This document shows positions 1 through 13,789 of a DNA stretch of 64,000 bases, in pieces. The first letter of the stretch is position 1. Every line of letters begins with the position of its first letter. The position numbers and the translations under genes were made by a program. This DNA comes from Eledone cirrhosa (Eukaryota), in the NCBI GenBank assembly GCA_964016885.1, contig OZ024742.1:281976001-282040000 (forward strand), written 5' to 3'. The notes beneath the pieces are model-generated. The model made no database searches, was not told where the DNA came from, and was given only the letters and a program-made list of their open reading frames with translations.

Positions 1-555
1 AAGGAAGGAGATATGGGTGATAGAGAGAGATATCCTTTACAACTGAGAAAAAAATATATATTGTCTCACAGAGAGAAGTTAAAAAGCTAATAGATAATTT
101 AAAAGAATTTGAAATTAAAAGTTAATGAGGTTTATGCATGAAGAGAAAAGGGATTAAGAATAATATTAAATTAAGGTTTGTATATTGAAGGGTTTAATAA
201 TATGTGCGAGGAAAATAAAAATATGAATGTTATTAAGGATATAATGTGAAAAGAAGTAGAAGAATGAATGAGTTATGAATTTAGAGGAATTAGTTAGGGT
301 TTAAGTTTGTTTTTATGTAATGTAATATGTGTGCGGAATATGTGTACGTAAATAGTTTGTTTAAAAATGAGCGCAGAAGGCAAAGAAGAAAAGAATGTTT
401 AAGGAAGAAAATATTTAACATCAAAAAATATATATGTTTACGAAATATTTTCTAATGGTAATAATATAATACATTAAAAGAAATTAGTGAGGGTTTAAGT
501 TTGTTTTTATGTATTGTAATATGTAAAAGTCAAACGAGCATGAAAGGATGAGATA
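1..555 (-). mobile_element. Inverted copy of the 3' UTR of the PLE at 633-4170 (runs off the window edge)
   Basis: 1-555 is the reverse complement of about 3190-3785 (e.g. ttgtctcacagagagaa vs ttctctctgtgagacaa). 556-632 is an inverted piece of the ORF at about 1018-1108. Confidence 0.85.
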
Positions 556-660
556 AGGAGGATTTCTTCTAGAGTTAAATAAATGATCAAGAAAGTTATG
601 TTTCCTTTTTGGCGCTGGTCGTGGAAAAAAAAACTCTTTTAACCATCTTTTGATCTTATA

Positions 661-733
661 TGGGGTCGATAGAATAAAGTACCAGTAATGCACTGGGTAA
701 TTGCTGGCCTTGTGCCAAAAGTAGAAACAATTA
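661..733 (+). mobile_element. tRNA-derived SINE (Nin-domain-like), 3' fragment inserted in the PLE pLTR
   Basis: ggggtcgatagaataaagtaccagtaatgcactgggtaattgctggccttgtgccaaaagtagaaacaatta matches the other SINE copies in the window. Confidence 0.8.
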
Positions 734-897
734 TTTATACTCCAGTCCTACAAACTGTAGAGTGTTATTTATCCGATATTTGCATTGCTTTATTGTGCTT
801 CAATAAAACTAACCTCCTACATTAACTAGCTCAACTGTTTGAGCGCTAACCCTCATATCGGATACCTTTTGATGGTCTTTAATTTTTCTTCTACAAC

Positions 898-2759
898 ATG
901 GATTATTACAACATAACCACTTCAACTAAAGACATTCCTATACTTTGTAAATCTGAATTCACCAAACTTCTGATTGAAAAAACTGACTCCTTTATGAGAA
1001 GTCTTAGATGGATAGCTTTTTTCCACGACCAGCGCCAAAAAGGAAATTTCTATACTAAGGAACATAACTTTCTTGATCATTTATTTAATTCTAGAAGAAA
1101 TCCTCCTTCCAACAAAAATCTAGTACAGTTCGAGGAAGAATTAACTAATATTATAAGAAATCTTAAATTCAAGAGAAACCCTTACAGAGGACAAGAGCAC
1201 CTTGTAAATCTCATGAATACGATTTTAAACCTTAATTCCTCTAAAAATGTCTTAGACCACTCCGATAAAACTAATAATTTATATGGTGTATCTAGGGATA
1301 ACTATAATAACCTTATCCTTAAGGAACTAAGGAAGAACTATCGTAAAACTAACCATGACAATTTGGAATCTATAAACTTTGAAGCTTCTGAGATTATGTC
1401 AAAACTTGGCATTGAAAAAAAGACCGAACCATTCCTCCCAAGAACTCCGAGGATAAATCTCAAGGATCATAAAAGTAATTTTCGAACGGCACTACCTGTT
1501 AGACTAATCGCCCCCTCTAAATCAGACCTGCGGTTTGTTATTAAAGCCATCTTGGATAGAATTATCCCACGGGTTCGTTCTAATTGCTCTATTTCTAACT
1601 GAAATTTATGGTTTGATACATCTGAAGTAATTGGCTGGTTCAACAACCTGAATAAGAAAAACAAACAAAAATGTATTCAATTTGATATTGCCAGCTACTA
1701 GAATATCAAACTTATCCTCTAATAAAAAATATCTTCGCCAATTACTATAATAATGCGCTTTCTAAAGCCGGTTATCATGATAAAATTAAATACAGTAAAG
1801 AAACCAATCCTAGAAGGTCTTACAGTAAAATAATTAATTATGATCATTCCAATAACTTAAATAAAAGACCTAGATATAAAAATATAATCTGGTATAATGC
1901 TCCTTTCTCTATTTCTAATAATAATAATATTCCTAAACTATTCTTTAGGGCCTTAGATAAATGCTTCACTCCCTCACATATCTATAGTAAAATATTTAAC
2001 AAACATACGATAACATTTTCCTATTCGACCTCCTCCAACATCTCTAACATTATCTCTAAACACAACAATAAAATATTAAATATTAAATCACACCCTTCCA
2101 ACACTGAGCGTCATAATAATAGCAGTAGTACTTCCGACGTCATTGTTAATTCTAGGCTAGGCTCTGTAAATTCAAATACGACGTCAAACGTAACTTCGTT
2201 GAATGTTCATAATACCAATCTAAATCATGAAACTATTATTCCTATCGTAAATAACTTCTCCAATCCAATTCCTCCTATAAATAACACTAGGTCACTTGTT
2301 AATAACTCTGTCAATTTCTCTAATCGAAATTGTAATTGCCCTGTTAGAACTAAATGTCCTCTCAATAACCATTGTCTTTATAAAAAGTTAGTCTATGAAT
2401 GTAAGGTTATAACTGATACCAATTCCTTTACCTATTTCTGTTCCACTTCCACCTCCTTCAAAGCTAGATTTTATGATCACAATTCGTCTTTTAAATACCA
2501 ACCTAAAAGAACTAACACGGCACTCTCAGAACACATATAGTCCTTGAAAGACAAAAATATTAACTTTAACATCTCTTGGAGTAAAGTTTGTTCTGCCTCT
2601 CCCTACTTGAATGTCTCCCTATCCAGAACATGTAATCTTTGCCTAGCTGAGAAATTTACCATTATATCTAATTTCAATTCTATAATAAATAGACGCACGG
2701 ATTTATTTTCTCTCTGCTTGCATAAATTCCACAGAACATTCCATAAAGTATACAGCTAA
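898..2759 (+). pseudogene. PLE RT N-terminus plus C-terminal GIY-YIG endonuclease, disrupted
   Basis: SDKTNNLY and LKDHK..F....PVRLIAPSKSDL (PLE RT N-terminus). CNCPVRTKCPLNNHC..LVYECKV..TYFCSTSTSFKARFYDH..TALSEHI*..W..CNLCLAEK..INRRTDL..CLH (GIY-YIG with CxC linker). Stops and a large deletion near 1700. Confidence 0.85.
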
Positions 2760-3976
2760 TATCTAATACCTTACTAGTTTAAAATCCTTTTTCTCAAAAG
2801 CTTATATATCTTTTAAAAATAAACCCATCTTTCTACCTTATTTCAATATTATTTATTATATATTATTGCTGGCCTTGTGCCAAAAGTGGAAACAATTATT
2901 TATTATATATTATATAATACAAGTTATTCATTCTATATCATTCATCTTTATCACTTTCCTTTCTTCCTCTTTTCTTTTTAATTTCTAACCTCTAATCTGT
3001 ACTTTTTCTTCCTAACTACTTCTCAATTCTTATTATTACTCACCACAACATTATCCATTCTTTCATCTTTCCTCATATCATTGGCCATAAAATTTTTTTT
3101 TTTTTAATATATATTATAGTATTACCTTTAATAGTCCTTCGTAAACATAAACATTTTTTTTACGTTAGATTTTTCTTTCTTAAATTCCTTATCTCATCCT
3201 TTTATGCTCGTTTGACTTTTACATATTACAATACATAAAAACAAACTTAAACCCTAACTAATTTCTTTTAATATATTATATTATTACCATTAGAAAATAT
3301 TTCGTAAACATATATATTTTTTGATGTTAGATATTTTCTTCCTTAAACATTATTTTCTTCTTTGCCTTCTGCGCTCATTTTTAAACAAATTGTTTACGTA
3401 CACATATTACGCACACATATTACATTACATAAAAACAAACTTAAACCCTAACTAATTCCTCTAAATTCATAACTCATTCATTCTTCTACTTCTTTTCACA
3501 TTATATCCTTAATAACATTCATATTTTTATTTTAATAATACATATTAATAATTTCTTTTCCTCGAAAAAATTATTAAACCCTTCAATATACAAACCTTAA
3601 TTTAATATTATTCTTAATCCCTTTTTCTTTTCATGCATAAACCTCATTAACTTTTAATTTCAAATTCTTTTAAATTATTTATTATCTTCCAACGGTTTTT
3701 AAAATTCTCTCTGTGAGACAATATATATTTTTTTCTCAGGTGTAAAGGCTATCTCTCTCTCTCTATAACCCGTCTCTCCTCCTCTCTCATCCTTCCTTCT
3801 TATACTCCTCTCCCACCTTTCTTTACTCTCATATCCTCCTCTTCCTTACCTTTTCCAGCCCCCCACCCCCTCACATTTTCCCAATCTCATACATCAATCT
3901 TAAATTATTTTTCATATGTTTATTTAAAACTTCACTATTCACACGTGTTTTTTAAGCTTCATATCATGTATCCCTT

Positions 3977-4043
3977 TTTTATCTGATGAAAACGCAGATA
4001 TCATCCCATGATGATATTTGTTTTAGAAATGCGCATAATAAAA
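3977..4043 (+). ncRNA. Type I hammerhead ribozyme in PLE pLTR
   Basis: Stem I UUUUAU/AUAAAA, core CUGAUGA, long stem II, GAAA, palindromic stem III AUGCGCAU, AUA cleavage triplet. Confidence 0.8.
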
Positions 4044-4166
4044 TACTTGGAACTCTTTTAACCATCTTTTGATCTTATATTATTCATACTCCAGTCCTAC
4101 AAACTGTAGAGTTCTACTTATCCGATATTTGCATTGCTTTATTGTGCTACAATAAAACACTCCTCC

Positions 4167-5940
<1,774 letters not shown>

Positions 5941-7210
5941 CTACCAATCTTATTTAAACCACAAGGAATCTAGATCTATAACAAGAAATTAAATTAATTG
6001 ATAGGTATACTTATAGAGATAAATTTATATTAATTCATATGAATGTGATAAATAAGAGTTAGATGTTATTAAAGAGTGTTGTTAAAAACGAAGGGAAGTA
6101 AAATTTTGGGATAAGGGTAGTAGTGAGAAATACCAATCTTATATAAACTACAAGGAATCTAGATTCATAATAGGAAATTAAATTTATTTATAGGTATACT
6201 TTTAGGTATAATTTTAGGAAAAGAGAGCTGTAAGAGCGAAATAAAATTATGAAGTTCTCTGTAGTAAAGTACTAATTATAGGTTAACTAAATAAAAAAAA
6301 CCAATTATAATAATATGTAAAATATAAGTGTAAAGTGTATATTAATTAGGTTTATAATATTTGAAGGTTCTTCTAATTCTATGCTTGCAAGATATAATTA
6401 ATTCCTGTTGCTTATTTAATAGGATATCCTTAGATTTCATGATTTCAAAAAGTTCCTCGTATCTGTTATTTTTATAAGGCGTGGCCCTTTTGAGCATACT
6501 CCAGGTCAGGTTGTAATTGATATTCATCTCTATATAATTATTAATTGTTTCAGCCAAGGATGTTGTATTAGCTAATGCGGCATTTTTAAAACTATGTTTG
6601 TGGGTATTAAATCTTATTTTAAATTGGTTAGACGTAGCTCCTATATATGAACAAGTGGAGTCCTTAGTGCTAATTTTACATTTATAGACTATGTTATTAA
6701 TAAGATAATTTCCCTTTAACGGGCAATTTCTTTTGATTCTACAGTTACAACCATATCAGGGGAGTTAGTCAAATTTGGTGTGGAATTTACTCGACTTATT
6801 ATAGCTGTAGGAGATGGTGGTTTGTTGCGGTTTATTTTAGTATTATGGTTGGTTTGATGTGTTGGTGGTATATTTGTGGGGTTTTTACATTTATATGCGT
6901 TGTACGCACTTATATTTTATTGTATATTTTTGGTAGTGGAGTAGGGAAATTTGACAGTTGATCTATTTAAAATTTGATGGTATTTATGGTTTGGCGGGAA
7001 GTTTTTCTCTAGGATAGTAAAAAAAGTTTTAGGGATATTATCTTTAATGTGTAGATTAAATGGAGCATTATACCAAGTAACCCGTCTATTACGGTTTCGA
7101 TATTGTTTTTTATATTTTCAGCAGTTCTTACACACTCTGAATTTTATATATTGTATTAAGTTTGCAATTTTGTATTAACTTTTTGATAGAAAACCACCTT
7201 ATACCGCCAC
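5941..7210 (-). mobile_element. Second decayed PLE fragment (RT thumb plus GIY-YIG)
   Basis: Reverse-strand translation: RRVTWYNAPFN..NFPPNHKYHQILNRSTVKFPYST; GCNCRIKRNCPLKG..NIVYKCKI..YIGATSNQFKIRFNTHKHSF..LLNKQQELIISCKH. Confidence 0.85.
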
Positions 7211-7740
7211 TGGTTGTTCTGTTCAAAAAATATATCGCAGTCTCCATCTAACGTCATAAAATCTGATGATGGGCCTACGACCTGTCCTGGGAGGCGTGGG
7301 ATGGACTCATAAAGGTTGCGTATCATGGGAATCCAAAGAGATTCCAGAAAAAACAAACGTTAATACTATATTAATTTCAAAACATTTCATCATAATTTTA
7401 TGTACGAACTTTTGTTATGTTCTAAACACAATCTTGATAATGAGAACGTTAGTTATAAAATTGCTCCTAATTCTTGAATATTTTCAACATTAATTGAACA
7501 TTATTTGTAGTGTCTTTCATTAGAAATATGGTAATAAAATATTGAAATATGCGACAGGAATTATGACCGAGTATTGATATAATTTCACATTAGTTTCAAA
7601 GTCAAAATGAGTAAGAAAAAACCTTGCTAAATTCATATTTCCTTACATTAAATCTTATTTATAATAACTTCTGTGGATGCATTAATTTGAATTATTTTCA
7701 GCGGCATCGAGTTAATACCCTCTATATTAATACCCTCTAA

Positions 7741-7876
7741 TTTCAAATCCCGCCAGGGTTAGCTTTCTCTTTCATCCGGGTTCTGTAAAATAAAGTACCA
7801 GTAACGCACTCGAAACGATTTAATCAACTTTCATCTCCTCTAAAATTGTTGGCCTTGCGCCTAAATTAGAAGCCAT
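7741..7876 (+). mobile_element. Nin-domain-like SINE, diverged
   Basis: ttcaaatcccgcc..ctttcatcc..aaataaagtaccag..ggccttgcgccta. Confidence 0.7.
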
Positions 7877-8671
7877 TGTTATTTTCGTTTTTGCTAAAAA
7901 TAATTCATCAGATTGAAATGGGTCTCCACACATAACGTAGATGGGGAATTTTTAATGTATTTTCCTTTTCATTCAGTTGCTAACAAATGCCAGTGGGCTG
8001 TTTTTCCTTTCCTATTCGCGAAAGCAATTTTAATAGATTAATAATATATAGAATATGGCATTCATTGTGCCTCCACGCACCCCGTTTACTTAATTCTCCA
8101 AATTTATGCCCATGGCTTCTTTCTAGAATGAGAGAGAAGGCGGATACAAATAGATGAAGCGATATTGAACAGTCGCGCAAAATAGATGCCTAGTGCAGAA
8201 GGCACAAAGATAACTAGTCAATCTATAACTATATGCAACACACATTATATAGGATGGCCTAAAGTAATGGGGTCGTATTCGCTGCACATGATAATAAATA
8301 GCTTTGTTATATAGAAACTATGTGATGTGATTGTTGCGGCTTGATAAGGTCTGTCTCATCAATTTGGTGGCTGTTGTAGTCCGTGTTTGGTCCGTTGAGT
8401 ATGGGAAGGTGGGTGGTCCACGTCCGACTTGCGGAATGTAGGGGTTGGGTCACTAATGAGTGCAAGTAAGAGTTCGGTTGAGGGTGTTTCTTCAGTGTTT
8501 TGTGTACAGATTGGAATAATAACTATTATATATATATATATTAGAAAGTGAGGTTTTTTTACAAAATGAAAAAAAAACGAGGTGTCCTACACGAGTAAAA
8601 GTATAAGGAAAGAAGTTGAAATCGAAAATGCAACTGGAGTCTTTTTATAAAAATATATATTTATTTGGTTC

Positions 8672-8707
8672 CTTTACTGGTTTCGCAGTTCTTCTGCTTT
8701 TCAAAAG
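8672..8707 (-). ncRNA. Minimal hammerhead, C3U/G8A variant, in a solo pLTR end (about 8541-8720)
   Basis: Reverse complement reads CUU UUGAAAA GCAG aagaa CUGC GAAAC CA GUA AAG. A related copy at about 46456-46492 has GAAAC mutated to GCAAC. Confidence 0.65.
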
Positions 8708-9109
8708 TAGAATTGAGATGGAGGGTTTGTTGTTTTTCTCCAACTCTCCTACCTTCTCTTCGCCAAAACCCGGCATTCCAGCCACATCCATTTCCTCAGC
8801 CGTTGCCTCCACCTCCACCTCAACCCCCTTGGCTTCCGACTACACTTCAACACCTCCCTCTCCGCTTCCCCCTCCACCCAACGTATCCTCACCCAGTCCT
8901 CGCGCCTCCTAATGCGCAACTCCGCCCGCTCCACCCTCTCCACCATCCGCAACTTTGACCACCAACTCAGCACCACCCCACCTCCGCCTCAATACCGCGT
9001 GCCACCTCCTCCTCGCCCACTCCATCTTCCTCTTCATCCAAAACATCAACCACGACCACTTCTTCCTCATCTCCACCAATGCCCTTAAACTACGCTCATA
9101 TATATATAT

Positions 9110-9535
9110 GGAGGAAGTTCTAGTTCACTTGAAGCATTGTGTAATGAGGTATAAAATGCTGTAGTTGTAAGGCCAAGACAATGCAGGTATGAATATAGAA
9201 TATAAATGCAAATGCAAAATATATTGTTGACAATTAGTCTTTTACCTTAAATTTATTTAAATATCCTTAATTTTCGAGATAATATCTCTTCTTCGGAGGG
9301 AAGTAAAGTGGTTAATCCAGTGTTCTAATTAGCTAGCCAAGTCAGCATGACTTGGCAAGCTAATTAGAACACTGGATTAACCACTTTACTTCCCTCCGAA
9401 GAAGAGATATTATCTCGAAAATTAAGGATATTTAAATAAATTTAAGGTAAAAGACTAATTGTCAACAATATATTTTGCATTTGCATTTATATTCTATATT
9501 CATACCTGCATTGTCTTGGCCTTACAACTACAAAC

Positions 9536-9541
<6 letters not shown>
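9110..9541. mobile_element. Fold-back non-autonomous PLE derivative (arms about 190 bp plus 40 bp tail)
   Basis: 9161-9344 is the reverse complement of 9348-9531, centre 9346. HHR-like motif at 9393-9427, TA flanks. Sister copy at 27235-27499. Confidence 0.85.
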
Positions 9542-9577
<36 letters not shown>

Positions 9578-9579
<2 letters not shown>

Positions 9580-11167
9580 CTTAGGTTAATAGGAGTTAAG
9601 TATTGTATACCCGTGTCCCATTAAGGTATTGGCAGCATAATAATTAGCTCTATGCTTTGGAGCAGAGCCGTATATATGAAAAAGAACACAAGCCACGTGG
9701 CATGGTCCATTGTTTATCTGTGCGGTCATGGGCGTTTGTTTTTGACACCACAGCAGATGCACAAGTTCGTAAATTCCAATGCAGATAGAAATCTATTTTT
9801 GCTCACCCGGACATTGACGGAGGATCCAATATTCCTAGTTCAATATGTGTTTGGTGTTATTTTGGTCGCACAAATCAATCACTTGGTTCAATATTATGGA
9901 ATATGGTTTTCTGGTCTTCGTAACAGTGTCAGTGGTTGTATATCTGGAAATCACAAGGATCACAGTACTCCGGTTTGTTGTGATTATCGGTCATCCAGCT
10001 ATGTTGTTGGTGGTTGGATTCAATTCTATTCGCCCGAACGTTGAACTTTGGTGTCGATAGGACATTAACGAGGCAGGGTGAGGTCGCATCTGTGGTACAA
10101 AACGGTACGCAAGGAAATTCTTCGTCTTCGTTTCATCCGGGTCCAGCAGTCACGTGCAAGAACCGCTACGTAGTAATTGTGGGGTTAATCGGTCAAGTCA
10201 GCAACTGACCGAAAATTCAGGCAGGCATGACAGGCACATTTAGGTCGGCAGCTTCTTTATGTGTACGTGTGTCCGGAATTTACGAACTTGTACATCTGCT
10301 GTGGTGTCAAAAACAAACACCCATGACCGCACAGATAAACATTGGACCATGCCACGTGGCTTGAACCCGTAAGTGAATTGAAGGTTCTGCAACTCTGATA
10401 CACAGATTATTTATTATTAAGATGTATAAACTTGACATAACTATTATCATATTATATTCTCTCAACTAATCACACTTGATCATATTTCTCTATCCCGTTT
10501 TCTCCCCCCATAATTATTATATTTTTATTATTATTTGAAAAAATCGGCTTTTTACATTGTGTTTTCCCCTCCAAATATTCGCTTATATTTCTTTATATAT
10601 TCTCTATATATTTTTTTATCTTTATTTATTATTATTTTTTTATCTTTATTATTTCCACTTTTATCCTCCTTTATATTTTACCTTATTCTTACTTTTATAC
10701 CTTATTATAGTGTAATCTTCCCCATGCCTCATTATACACTATTAATTATAGATTATTATTATTACTCTTTTTCCATTTCTAATTACCTCATGTACTTTCT
10801 CCTCCGCTATATATATATATATTGTATGCCCTTTGTGTTTGTGTAGCCTTTGCGCACCCTCTGCACCATACTATCGACGCCACCCCATCTATGGTTCAGC
10901 TAACCACCCGACTCCCGGGAATGAATATGACCGCAGTTAGTAAACAAGGACCCACACCCCACCCTCCCGCACCAAAATTAGAGTTATCGTCCCCTACGTT
11001 TTCTCTTTACTCTCTTTACACTTTGTTCTTGAATGTTTGGTTGGTAGAGTCCATAACACCAATCAAACCCCTTTTATAGCTCTGACGAATCCTACGGTTA
11101 CGTAAGGAAGAAACATTGTAAGCCAATAAAAATCTTTTGATGTTGTAGACGCTCTTGTGTTCTTTTT

Positions 11168-11170
<3 letters not shown>
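9578..11170. mobile_element. Composite PLE-derived insertion with an internal 90-bp inverted repeat and a 3' pLTR
   Basis: 9688-9777 inverted to 10275-10363. tatatgaaaaagaacacaag (9673) is inverted to cttgtgttctttttcttata (11154). HHR at 11079-11123, (TA)n on both sides. Confidence 0.6.
11079..11123 (+). ncRNA. Minimal type I hammerhead
   Basis: GCU CUGACGA A UCCUACG GUUA CGUAAGGA A GAAAC AUU GUA AGC. Confidence 0.75.
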
Positions 11171-11237
<67 letters not shown>

Positions 11238-11356
11238 ATGATATTAAATAAATGGAAACTATATTTATAAAACCATATTTATTTTATTATATATATTTCA
11301 AGGGTACCAAGACAACAAACATTTATATTTGTCGGACTTCCAACAAACTACATACC

Positions 11357-11444
<88 letters not shown>

Positions 11445-11954
11445 CAATTTGAATGAATTAAAAACCTGTTTAGACCATTACTCACCAGAATACTCGATAC
11501 TTGGGGCAGTAGAATGTGGTAAAATGAAAGTTGAAGATTAAAAAATAACAAAAACACAGAAATACAGTTACACAAAGTTTTATGAGTTACATGCTTTTGG
11601 AAAAGGAAAATGAGTGCCTCAGCGTATCCGACGTTAGTCCTTCATCAGGAAGAGAAAAGTAGGGAGAATGAGGAGCATCGAAGGGAGAGGGGGGGAGGTA
11701 AACATTAAAATAGTGTTACCAGAATGGGTTACATGGGCAGATAAGTAATCAAGTGTGCGTGATGTTTCAACTTCGCATTTGAAAAGAGGGTTATAGCCCT
11801 GAAATATCCTGCTAAAATACACTGGGTAAAAGATTACTTTGTTTTACTTTGTTTTATTTGTCATTTTTAACCCTTCGTATTCACTACCGCATTGTATCGG
11901 CTTAAAGAAAAAAGAGTTATCGGTATTTTATTACACACACACACATACACACAC

Positions 11955-11986
<32 letters not shown>

Positions 11987-12184
11987 CTCATACACACTCA
12001 CACCTTCTCTCATCATCTAGATACACTGAAGGTACGTGTGAAATATGACGAATTATATATATTTCCTGATGATGATGATGATGTTTGCTGTTGTAGTTAT
12101 GGTATTGATGAAGATGATGATGATATTTCTGGTGTTTGGTGGTAACGGCAGTTGTGTTGTTGATGACGATGATGACTATCACAA

Positions 12185-12219
<35 letters not shown>

Positions 12220-12565
12220 AAATGTATATTTTGGCTGTATGATTGAACGACCATGAGTTAATTCGTTTAGAAATAATTTTCATATATCGAGGTAATCTTT
12301 AGGACAGCCATATTCAATAACGTTAATAAGATAATTCGTTGAAATTATTAATTAATTGCTTGCACAGGGGTGTTAACCGAACACGTTTATCAACTAAAAG
12401 ACGGGCATACAGACAGACAGACTGACAGCTGAAGAACTAGAGTGGTGGTGAGAGAGAGAAGGAAGGGTGAGAGAGAGCTATGTCTCTTGTCAATATAGGG
12501 TGAGTAAATAATAGCATTCACATACACACACACTCACACACACACACACAGAAACACACACACAG

Positions 12566-12596
<31 letters not shown>

Positions 12597-12989
12597 AACA
12601 CACACACTTACAAACACACGCATACACAAACGCACACACACGCACACAGGCACACACATACCAACACACGCAGACACAAACACATATGCATGCACGTTTT
12701 ACACGGTGGCACCAGAAGTAAACTGCCAACAACGAAGACATGAAATAAGGTTGAACTCTAGCAGGTAATGTGACCATGTACACTCCCGCTGTCATCGTCT
12801 TGTTGTTTGTGGTGGAGTTGTTATGGTTCTTGCTAGGTATGGGAAGAGATATAAAAAGACTGTGCATATTTGACACGGTAATTGAGGTCACTTTGTTCAG
12901 AACCACTAGGATATGATCCGAACGTGGAAAAGCCGAACTCCCAGTCATCGTCTCCATCTCTGTCGCCATCCCCATATCTCCGTATGGTG

Positions 12990-13205
12990 AGCAAATGGGG
13001 TCCTACGTGCTGGCCTCCCACAGCGGACAGAATGGAGAAGGCGTTTCCCCGGAGGATGGTAAGGGAGATGCGCTGGAAGAGCCATTCCAACTCGCAAGGC
13101 TCACATCTGCGGCTGGCCAGCTCAGCGCCTATGGTGGTGAGTAGGGAGCTAGCCCTAGGGCCAAGGACACCAGAAGTCTCCACTGCCAAGGGCACGACCG
13201 CACGA
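12990..13205 (-). mobile_element. CRE-clade non-LTR retrotransposon, C-terminal RLE fragment
   Basis: PLAVETSGVLG..LFQRISLTILRGNAFSIL motif. Second copy at 42225-42490. Confidence 0.7.
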
Positions 13206-13574
13206 TTACCGACTGCGCATTGTGTGCTTCAGCAAGACACTTTATTTCTCGTTGCTTCAGTCCACCCGCCAGGCAAAAATGAGTAGTATCTTTGATTCAA
13301 AGAACCCGCTATGTCCTACACTGTGTCACTCTGAATCTTCCTGAAAACTACGTTATGGGTACCTGTGTTTGTGGAATGCCGCACCACTAGCAGGTTAATT
13401 CCACGAGTAGACTATTCTGTTGGCCGAACAAGTGGAATTCTGGTCATTGAAAAACGGTAGTCCAACACTCACATAGATTTTAGACTCAGGTCCAATTTGA
13501 TCAGACAGATCTATGACTAACGCTGCTTTAATGCTGCAGGTCTTAAATAAATATTAATATGATAGTATAAATCA

Positions 13575-13789
13575 GGGCGATGGATTGGTAGTATTGGTAG
13601 AAGATCGGACGCCCTGCTCTGCAGCATAGAGTTACAGCCCTTTACGATCTGAGTTCAAATTCCGCCGAGGTTAACTTCGCCTTTCATCCTTAAGGGGTTG
13701 ATAAAGTACCAATCACGTACTGGGGTCGATTTAATCGACTTTCCCCTCCCTCAAAATTGCTGGCCTTGCGCCTATAAAAGAAAGCAATT
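13575..13789 (+). mobile_element. Full-length tRNA-derived Nin-domain-like SINE with 15-bp TSD
   Basis: A-box-like tggtagtattgg and B-box gagttcaaattcc, core gcctttcatcct..gggg.tgataaagtacc. TSD tgatagtataaatca at 13560-13574 and 13790-13804. Confidence 0.85.

Noticed and set aside
6340-6760. In-frame TGA codons in PLE or LINE ORFs as selenocysteine (Naiad-type)
   Set aside because: The endonuclease is C-terminal, not Naiad-like. Stops include TAA and TAG plus frameshifts, and I recognised no SECIS.
7262-7352. CUGAUGA..GAAA as a hammerhead
   Set aside because: No convincing stems I and III.
8616-9100. Pro/Ser/Thr-rich ORFs (also 56788-57219)
   Set aside because: C/A-rich low-complexity sequence with no domain or splice support.
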